From: an uncultured archaeon
GTDB lineage: Archaea > Asgardarchaeota > Thorarchaeia > Thorarchaeales > Thorarchaeaceae
Assembly: GCA_964354495.1 (NCBI GenBank)
Contig: CAYHAA010000003.1
Location: 130,507 to 162,506, forward strand
Direction of reading: 5' to 3'
Length of the DNA: 32,000 nucleotides
The position numbers were made by a program, and so were the translations under genes. Under the pieces are notes generated by a model. It ran no database searches. It was not told the DNA's origin and saw only the letters and a list, made by a program, of their open reading frames with translations. This document shows, piece after piece, positions 25,372-32,000 of this stretch; the stretch's first letter is position 1, and each line of letters starts with the position of its first letter.

Positions 25372-28208
25372 GCGTGTCAACTTCACTGAGTAAGGAGATT
25401 GTTTCTTTTCTCAAATCAAGGGGAATAGTGAAGCCTACACCGATTCAGGAAAGAGCAATACCTCTCTTGCTCAATGCAAAAGAGAACGCGCTTCTTCTGG
25501 CACCCACGGGAGGTGGGAAGACCGAAGCAGCACTCATTCCCCTTCTACATAGACTTCAGCAGATGGCAAAGGACAAAGACTTGTTCGGGGTCTACATTAT
25601 CTATATCACACCTCTGAGGGCATTGAATCGTGATGTGTTCAAGAGAATCGAGGAACTGTGTGGGCATCTGGGTCTGACTGTAGATGTTCGACATGGAGAT
25701 ACAACTCAGTATGCTAGAAGAAAGCAGGCTATCAAACCGCCAAATCTACTGATTACTACCCCAGAGACCCTACAGGCAATTCTTCCTGGAAAACGATTGC
25801 AGTACCACCTGAAGACAGTATTTGCTGTGATAGTCGATGAAGTCCATGACCTGGCTAGCAGCAAGAGAGGGGTCCAACTCAGTCTTGGCCTTGAACGACT
25901 GCAGCGATTAGTGGGTACGAAGATTCAAAGAATAGGGCTCTCCGCTACAGTCGGAAATCCCGATGAAGTTGCGAGGCTCCTCAGTGGAAAAGAACCCATC
26001 AAGACCTTATGGGCGGGCTACGACAACCAGAAGATGAACTTGAAGGTGGAGATGCCCACTCCGACAGACCAAGATAAGATGTTAGGCAAAAGAATATCAT
26101 ACCCGGCACACTCAGTTGCAAGACTCGAGGCCATCATTCAGCTGATAGAAACCCATAAATCGGTACTAGTATTTACGAACACGCGTTCCTTTGCAGAGGT
26201 CCTTGGTGCCAAAATGCATGCCTTGAAACCGTCTTTCGATTTTGATGTGCATCATGGATCGTTGTCTAAGGATGCTCGACTCACTGCAGAAGATCGTATG
26301 AAGAGCGGAAGTTCGAAGGCTATCATAGCCACATCTAGCCTTGAGCTGGGTATTGACATTGGACAGGCAGATCTTGTGGTCCAGTATTCGTCTCCTAGAG
26401 AGGTTTCAAGACTAGTGCAGCGTGTTGGAAGATCGGGTCATGGGGTCGGGCGTATATCAAAAGGAGTGGTGATGTCAACCATCAATCTGGATGATATAAC
26501 TGAGTCCGGTGTGATAGTCAGAAGAGCGCGGCAAAACAGACTTGAAGATGCAAGAATCCCGATGAAAGCATGGGATGTTCTGGGCCATCAGATTTCGGGA
26601 GTCTTGCTAGATGTTGATGGCATTGAGAAAGCTGCCCTTCTGGAGCTGGTTAGGGGTGCTTATCCATTCTCTGAGGTGTCTGACTCTGAGCTGGACACGC
26701 TCCTCCAGTTCATGGCAAAAAGAAGACTTTTGGAGATGGATGGCTCACGTGTTTCAAGAGGGTCGAGAACGCGTGTCTTCTACTATGAGAGGCTGAGCAC
26801 TATTCCAGATGTTAAGCAGGTCAATGCTGTAGATATCATGACTAGAACGTCCATTGGAGTACTCGATGAGGACTATGTCTCTGCGAATGTTGAACCGGGC
26901 TCAGTCTTTGTGATTCGGGGCAGGCCATGGTCCGTTGTGAATGTCGATGAAACCAGCGGAGAGGTGATGTGTTCACCTGTTATCAGTATAGATATTGAGG
27001 CACCTCGCTGGATAGGAGAGATGATACCAGTACCATATGAAGTGGCCTCTGAAGTTGCAAAGGTATGGAGTTCCGCTGCTACAAAGGGACACAGAGACCT
27101 CAGGAAATGGCTTGATCATGAGTATGCAATATCTGGGAGGGCACAGGACCACGTCATTGAGACTGTTGGATTGACTAAGACGTTTCTGGGGGAACTTCCT
27201 ACCGTGGACAGGTTCATACTGGAAATGTGCGGAACAAGTATGATTCTTCATGCGCCCCTAGGGACAAGAGCCAATGAAACCTTGGGCATTGTAATCGCCT
27301 CGCTTCTGACAACACGACTTGGTATTGGCGTATCGGTCGAGAGAGATCCCTACCGTATCTTGTTCACATCAAGCGAAGAGCTCAATCCAGACCATGTACT
27401 TGATGTGTTACGGGACTATTCCGCCGTTCAAGCTTTACGTATTCTAGAGTTGGCCGTGAAACATACTCAGAACTTCGCCTCAAGATTCATTCATGTGGCT
27501 AGAAGAATGGATGTCATTCGAAGGGATGCCAGAACTAAGGAGATTCCAGTGAAGTATCTCATCAAGTCCTATGAAGGAACACCCCTGTTTGACGAGGCAA
27601 TGCGAGAGGTCATCGAGGAAAAAATGGATGTGAAACGTGCACTGGAGGTCTTTACTAAATTCTCTAGTGGAACCCTCACAATCCATGTGGTCAAGACTGC
27701 AGCACCATCACCTCTTGCAAGACTCATAATCGAGGAGAGAACGCGTTTTGAGGTGATGGGAGAAATAACGGACGAAGACGAGGTGCTACGAATGATGGAA
27801 GAACGTCTTCTTTCGAAACAGTTCAGACTAGTGTGCATGGCCCAGAACCACTGGGACTCTGTGAGAACAATCTCAACGTTCGAAGACAGAGTCGAATGTC
27901 CCATCTGCGGCTCGACGATGATTGCAGTAGTGTCGATTTCAGAGAAAGACTTCACAAAGCTTATGGTCAAGCGTCTCAAGGGAGAACCTCTTACAAAGGG
28001 TGAGCAAAAGAGATACAATGCAGCCGCGCTTACAGCGGAGCTCGTTTCAAGTTATGGAAAGACTGCGCTTCTGGTCCTGGCCGGACGCGGTATTGGAGCA
28101 GTCACTGCAGCACGGATTCTTCAGCCCGGACTCAAAGAAAGACTTGATATCCTTAGAGCAATTGCCAAGGGGGAACTTCAGTATGAGAGAACGCGACCCT
28201 ACTGGTGA
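25368..28208 (+). CDS. lhr: Lhr-family SF2 helicase with C-terminal Cys-rich/Zn module
   Basis: APTGGGKT, YITPLRALNRD, TTPETLQ, VDEVH, LSATV, HHGSLS, SSLELGIDIG, QRVGRSGH; C-terminal CPICGS and RGIG...RTRPYW. Confidence 0.95.
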   Translation: MSVSTSLSKEIVSFLKSRGIVKPTPIQERAIPLLLNAKENALLLAPTGGGKTEAALIPLLHRLQQMAKDKDLFGVYIIYITPLRALNRDVFKRIEELCGHLGLTVDVRHGDTTQYARRKQAIKPPNLLITTPETLQAILPGKRLQYHLKTVFAVIVDEVHDLASSKRGVQLSLGLERLQRLVGTKIQRIGLSATVGNPDEVARLLSGKEPIKTLWAGYDNQKMNLKVEMPTPTDQDKMLGKRISYPAHSVARLEAIIQLIETHKSVLVFTNTRSFAEVLGAKMHALKPSFDFDVHHGSLSKDARLTAEDRMKSGSSKAIIATSSLELGIDIGQADLVVQYSSPREVSRLVQRVGRSGHGVGRISKGVVMSTINLDDITESGVIVRRARQNRLEDARIPMKAWDVLGHQISGVLLDVDGIEKAALLELVRGAYPFSEVSDSELDTLLQFMAKRRLLEMDGSRVSRGSRTRVFYYERLSTIPDVKQVNAVDIMTRTSIGVLDEDYVSANVEPGSVFVIRGRPWSVVNVDETSGEVMCSPVISIDIEAPRWIGEMIPVPYEVASEVAKVWSSAATKGHRDLRKWLDHEYAISGRAQDHVIETVGLTKTFLGELPTVDRFILEMCGTSMILHAPLGTRANETLGIVIASLLTTRLGIGVSVERDPYRILFTSSEELNPDHVLDVLRDYSAVQALRILELAVKHTQNFASRFIHVARRMDVIRRDARTKEIPVKYLIKSYEGTPLFDEAMREVIEEKMDVKRALEVFTKFSSGTLTIHVVKTAAPSPLARLIIEERTRFEVMGEITDEDEVLRMMEERLLSKQFRLVCMAQNHWDSVRTISTFEDRVECPICGSTMIAVVSISEKDFTKLMVKRLKGEPLTKGEQKRYNAAALTAELVSSYGKTALLVLAGRGIGAVTAARILQPGLKERLDILRAIAKGELQYERTRPYW

Positions 28209-28809
28209 AGAAGAAGCGCCACTGATTGTCTTTACAGGCAGAAGCAATGTGGGAAAAAGTAGTGTGATTCGTGCACTGACTGGAAAGAAAGTACTAGTCG
28301 GAAAGCGCCCCGGAAGTACACGGTGGGAACAAATGATTGAGATGGGATCCATCACAATTGTGGACGTACCGGGTTTTGGTTTTATGGATGGTCAAAGCAA
28401 AACCACCATCGAAGCATCAAAAACACATATCATTCATTCTCTTGAGAGATGGAGCAACAGAATCTTGCTATCTGTCCTCATCACTGACATCTCTCTATTC
28501 AGAGACCTTCACGACCGGTGGACTGGCCGCGGCGAAATACCCGTAGACGTTGAGTTCTACTCATTCCTGTGTGAGATATCGCCACGTGTTGTTGTCATAG
28601 CCAATAAGGCCGATAAGCTGATGAAAGGCCGTGTTCAGGGCGAATTAGACTTTCTTGTTGAGAAACTCATGGAAGCAGTTACTGAGAGAGAACTGACTGT
28701 CATTGTGACAGTGGCCTCAAAGAAGACCGGTGTTTCACTACTCCGAGAGCTTATTGACGATATACTCAAGGAGGAGGGCCTCGAACCCCCCAGATGGGCG
28801 CTCACCTGA
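28183..28809 (+). CDS. engB: GTP-binding protein EngB/YihA family (start ATG 28183, overlaps the lhr end by 26 nt)
   Basis: G1 GRSNVGKSS, G2 PGST, G3 DVPG, G4 NKAD. Confidence 0.9.
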   Translation: MRERDPTGEEEAPLIVFTGRSNVGKSSVIRALTGKKVLVGKRPGSTRWEQMIEMGSITIVDVPGFGFMDGQSKTTIEASKTHIIHSLERWSNRILLSVLITDISLFRDLHDRWTGRGEIPVDVEFYSFLCEISPRVVVIANKADKLMKGRVQGELDFLVEKLMEAVTERELTVIVTVASKKTGVSLLRELIDDILKEEGLEPPRWALT

Positions 28810-29890
28810 ACTTCTTCAGCAGGTAGAAAGCCACACCGACAATCATGACTGCCGAGGATATTATCAGCATTGGAACTATAGCACTAGGTACTTCTGCGAA
28901 GTCCTTTGATAGCCAACCCATGATATTCATGAAGAGTCTAGCATTATCACCAACGTAGAACCAGTGTAATTCAGTATCTTCAAGATCTAATGGTCTTCCA
29001 GTGAACATGATTGTAGATCCGCAGATAACAACCCTGCTCGATCCAAATTCAAAGGCCGAGAGCCATGCTGGAAATGTACCATTGAGGGCCGAGTACGACA
29101 ATGGTTTTTGTTCGTATTCATCCAGAGTCATATTCGGATGAGAGTAGTTGGCCCAACCGTTCGCGCTTACTTGGTACTGCGCAAAGGAACTCTCATGGCC
29201 ATGGCCAATACCACTAGCGAGTCCGACTGGTTTTAGTGTACCAGTGATTGTGTATAGCTCGTTGATGTTCCTGAAGATTGGATGAGTGGAGTCCCAAGTC
29301 GTGGAGTCCATTTGTATGACCCAAGGTATGCTTTCATTGAGAGAGTGGTCATAATCGAACATTGTGTCAGACCAATCATGAGTGGTTGTATGATTGTTAC
29401 TGAATCTCACACCAGTCATATTGACACCATCAAGCAGACTGTTGATGACAATGTTGTCACCAATATCCTGTATTGCCGCTTCAGACCAGTAGGTGGATTG
29501 CTGACCGAGTGCAGGATTTCCTAGCACGAACAAAGAGCTGCCATTTGCCAGCATCTCGTTAATCCCATTGAACTCAGCTGCAGAGAAGGCTGAGCTCTGA
29601 TCCGGACCAGCAATTATGAGAACATCAACATCATTGAGTACTTCATCGGTGAGAGGAGCCGAATTGACACGGACAATGTATCTTGTTGTATCATTGACAA
29701 GGTCAAGGATCAGCTTTAACCCCAAATCAGCGTTATCAGCAGCAAACTGAGGAGAATGAGCGGCGTCGAACATGACAATAATGGGATCAAGGTCGGCTTG
29801 AGCCTGAACAGTAGCCTGAACACCTGAGAGCAGAATCATCACTGCCAAGATTGTCGCAAGTACTCCGCGGACTTTACTGAGCTCCTTCAT
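28802..29890 (-). CDS. Type I membrane glycoprotein with a GIFT-like (GldG/IFT52/OST48-N) extracellular domain
   Basis: Signal peptide; VMFDAAH, DVLIIAGP, GSSLFVLG, SRVVICGS..MF, NARLFMNIMGWL; C-terminal TM plus KKFR; 8 N-X-S/T sequons. Confidence 0.8.
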   Translation of the reverse strand: MKELSKVRGVLATILAVMILLSGVQATVQAQADLDPIIVMFDAAHSPQFAADNADLGLKLILDLVNDTTRYIVRVNSAPLTDEVLNDVDVLIIAGPDQSSAFSAAEFNGINEMLANGSSLFVLGNPALGQQSTYWSEAAIQDIGDNIVINSLLDGVNMTGVRFSNNHTTTHDWSDTMFDYDHSLNESIPWVIQMDSTTWDSTHPIFRNINELYTITGTLKPVGLASGIGHGHESSFAQYQVSANGWANYSHPNMTLDEYEQKPLSYSALNGTFPAWLSAFEFGSSRVVICGSTIMFTGRPLDLEDTELHWFYVGDNARLFMNIMGWLSKDFAEVPSAIVPMLIISSAVMIVGVAFYLLKKFR

Positions 29891-29976
29891 CTGTTGTATC
29901 CGACCTCTCTTAAAATGCCAGACTTGGAGCCGTGTTTTAAAGTTATCTTCACCACGATTGTTGAATCAACGTACTG

Positions 29977-30372
29977 TCAGTCAGTCCTTCGCCATTCAAC
30001 ATACATTCTTCGTCGTTCTGTGTCTGTGGACTCAACAATGTCGTACAGGTTTCGTATCTCTGCAATCTGTTGTGCCAAAAGATGGTAGCACATATTGGTC
30101 TCTCGTGATATCACTACATCTTGGTAGAAACTGCGGCAGGTGCAATAGATTCTGGGAATCATCATGTACTGACGGGCGCGCCCTCTTACTATCCAGATTG
30201 TCGTGTCACTCGGACGGAACTGGTACTTGCTCACCTTCTTCTCCTCGACAACCCGGAGTGCTCTGACGAATCTCTTTCCATACCTATTCCGAAAATACTC
30301 GATATCGTTTTGGGTGAGGCTCTCCCCTGAGAGTTTTTTCACTTCTGTAAGTGATAGCGCCATATTGTTCAT
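29977..30372 (-). CDS. SWIM zinc-finger protein, SWS1/ZSWIM7-like
   Basis: YCTCRSF...MCYHLLA (CxC-xn-CxH); start may be ATG 30363. Confidence 0.85.
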   Translation of the reverse strand: MNNMALSLTEVKKLSGESLTQNDIEYFRNRYGKRFVRALRVVEEKKVSKYQFRPSDTTIWIVRGRARQYMMIPRIYCTCRSFYQDVVISRETNMCYHLLAQQIAEIRNLYDIVESTDTERRRMYVEWRRTD

Positions 30373-30408
30373 TCTGTATCTAGTATAACGAGGTTAAAAT
30401 GTTGTATC

Positions 30409-31278
30409 ATGAAACAGAAACCAGCGATGGAGATATTATTCGAAGACAGAAGCATGATAGTTCGTGGGGATAGTGTATCAGCCGTATTGATCTCAGACCT
30501 GCACCTTGGATTTGAAAAGGTGGTTTCGAATGAGAAGGGCGTCAACTTTCCGCTACAACATACCGACATGCTTGAGAGAATAGGAACACTAGTCAAGAAA
30601 CATGACGTGCAGACACTATATGTCATTGGGGATGTCAAGCACACTATTGCAACAGATGTTCCGTATAACTGGGACATCTTACCTGATTTCATGTCTGCTC
30701 TATCAGGTCTTGTGAAGACTGTCGTTGTACCCGGAAATCATGATGGTGACCTTGAAGCAATGCTCCCACGGAGCGTGGACTTAGTAGATGTTCATGGAGT
30801 CATAATAGGTAAGGGGGATGAGAAGATAGGTCTGACACATGGGCATGCTTGGCCAGCACCAGAGCTACTTGATTCCTCATTGTTGGTTGCAGGACATAGT
30901 CATCCCTCAGTGAGTAGGTATCGTACTGTATCTAGTCCTGGAACGGGACGAGACAACAGAAGGAGATATGCTGGATCTGTACCCGTTGTTCTCCATTCAA
31001 AGTTGAGCAAGAATTCTGTCAGGCGAAACCTGGGTATGCTTGAAATTGCAGATGATGAATATGCCACACTTGTGACATTGCCAAGTTTTAACAAGATTAT
31101 AACAGGTATTGCTGTCAACTCGCCGAGCTCAAGACTGCAGGGCCCATTTTTTGATAACACCTGTTGTGAGCTTCTCAAATCAGAAGTGTTCAGCACAGAT
31201 GGACTGTTTCTCGGTACTGTTGGATGGCTAAGAAACCGTTTCAACGAAACGATTAAATCCAAGCCAAGAGGGGACTGA
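30409..31278 (+). CDS. Calcineurin-like metallophosphoesterase (type often linked to Lhr helicases)
   Basis: SDLHLGFE, GDVKH, PGNHDG, THGH, GHSHP, LPSFN. Confidence 0.92.
   Translation: MKQKPAMEILFEDRSMIVRGDSVSAVLISDLHLGFEKVVSNEKGVNFPLQHTDMLERIGTLVKKHDVQTLYVIGDVKHTIATDVPYNWDILPDFMSALSGLVKTVVVPGNHDGDLEAMLPRSVDLVDVHGVIIGKGDEKIGLTHGHAWPAPELLDSSLLVAGHSHPSVSRYRTVSSPGTGRDNRRRYAGSVPVVLHSKLSKNSVRRNLGMLEIADDEYATLVTLPSFNKIITGIAVNSPSSRLQGPFFDNTCCELLKSEVFSTDGLFLGTVGWLRNRFNETIKSKPRGD
31245..31258 (+). promoter_or_regulatory. Putative tRNA promoter embedded in the MPE coding 3' end
   Basis: CGAAAC-G-ATTAAAT about 33 nt upstream of tRNA G1; only 10 nt separate the MPE stop from the tRNA. Confidence 0.45.
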
Positions 31279-31288
31279 TTTGACCAAT

Positions 31289-31418
31289 GGGTCGGTGGTC
31301 TAGCTTGGTATCACACCATCACTCATGATGTGTGCCACAGTGATTCTTGGTTCGGATCCAAGTTCAAATCTGGCGAAAATCCAAGGGATCGGGCGTTCAA
31401 ATCGCCCCCGGCCCACCA
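31289..31418 (+). tRNA. trnP: tRNA-Pro(CGG) with two introns (21/22: 31311-31340; 37/38: 31357-31379) and encoded CCA
   Basis: Acceptor GGGTCGG/CCGGCCC-A-CCA; T-arm GGGCG-TTCAAAT-CGCCC; anticodon stem CTTGG/CCAAG with loop TT-CGG-AT after splicing; strict BHB at 37/38, relaxed BHB at 21/22; mature length 77 nt. Confidence 0.93.
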
Positions 31419-31423
31419 GCTCC

Positions 31424-31432
31424 TTTTTGTTT
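31424..31432 (+). terminator. T-tract terminator after the tRNA
   Basis: TTTTTGTTT 5 nt after CCA. Confidence 0.6.
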
Positions 31433-31605
31433 GAATAATGAAGAAACCCTGACTATGTCTGCATCAGGTGTGTTAATGACACTGGAAGAGTGATGACATT
31501 CGTAGAGAGCTGGAGCAACACTAATTAGAACAATGTCGATGGAAGACTTCAAAAGTACCGAATAACTACGGCGCGTTCAAAGACCGAGGTTGTGAGTGAG
31601 AGAGA

Positions 31606-32000
31606 ATGGGAATCGGTTCAGGCAAGGGAAAAGCAATCCTTTTTGGAGAGCATTTTGTGGTCTATGGATTCCCGGCACTCGCTGCGGGTATCTCATCAGA
31701 AACTGTGGCAAAGGTGACGAGAAAGCGTTCCAGTGGATGGGTGCTCCTAGATAATCGGCCAGCGATGCCAGGGTATAAGGAACAAAAGAGCGACGAGCAG
31801 AATGTGTCTATTGAGAACATCCTGAGATACTGTAATATCGATGCATCAAGAACGGGGTTCCAAGTCGAACTGGGAGGAAACCTGGTCTGCGCTTCGGGGA
31901 TAGGGGCCAGTGCAGCCAGCAGTGTGGCAATCGCCAGGGCTCTGAATGACGAGTACTCACTCGGCTTGAATGACAAGCGGATCAACGAGGCGGCCTATGA
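31606..32000 (+). CDS. mvk: Mevalonate kinase, 5' part (runs off the window; absent from the ORF track)
   Basis: Hand translation MGIGSGKGKAILFGEHFVVYGFPAL...GGNLVCASGIGASAA shows GHMP motifs I and II; open to the window end. Confidence 0.92.
   Translation, partial: MGIGSGKGKAILFGEHFVVYGFPALAAGISSETVAKVTRKRSSGWVLLDNRPAMPGYKEQKSDEQNVSIENILRYCNIDASRTGFQVELGGNLVCASGIGASAASSVAIARALNDEYSLGLNDKRINEAAY

Noticed and set aside
28000-28182. 61-aa N-terminal extension of EngB
   Set aside because: Lies wholly within lhr in another frame; EngB homology begins after ATG 28183.
31490-31560. Perfect box C (GTGATGA) downstream of the tRNA
   Set aside because: No CTGA box D at a suitable distance; not supportable as a C/D sRNA without expression data.
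31419-31605. Integrated element at the tRNA 3' end
   Set aside because: No integrase and no att duplication; the tRNA is followed by a terminator and the core gene mvk.
31662-31985. 107-aa minus-strand ORF
   Set aside because: Antisense shadow of mevalonate kinase.
1-32000. CRISPR array, rRNA, tandem repeats, selenocysteine read-through
   Set aside because: No regularly spaced repeats, no rRNA-like sequence, and no recognisable gene broken by an in-frame TGA.

Overview
Archaeal core-genome window, most likely from an Asgard archaeon (possibly Thorarchaeia; inferred from the combination of PolD, Elf1, a eukaryote-type STT3 and DC2/OSTC-, PAC4- and SWS1-like genes). It carries secG/Sec61beta; the rpl44e-rps27e-aIF2alpha-nop10 operon; aglB/STT3; gcvT-gcvH divergent from folP-mptE; an OSTC-like membrane protein; topA plus a coupled Zn microprotein; a PAC4-like gene; xpd; a YqgF-like RNase H-fold protein head-to-head with radB-carS; a CBS protein; PolD DP2 divergent from RPA; a CxxC winged-helix gene plus sufS; elf1; lhr-engB; a sequon-rich GIFT-domain membrane protein; a SWIM protein; a metallophosphoesterase; a tRNA-Pro(CGG); and the 5' part of mevalonate kinase. 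The ORF track misses four items readable in the DNA. (1) A 141-bp IS903-like MITE with 18-bp TIRs and a perfect 9-bp target duplication (24439-24579). (2) The tRNA-Pro gene with two BHB introns, one of which mimics a T-arm. (3) A 38-aa membrane microprotein with its own TATA box. (4) The truncated mvk. The best candidate for an under-described system is a proto-eukaryotic translocon/oligosaccharyltransferase set: Sec61beta, STT3 with an extra DOMON/CBM9-like domain, a DC2-like subunit and an OST48/Wbp1-like protein. All family assignments come from motif recognition and recalled sequences; no database search was run.
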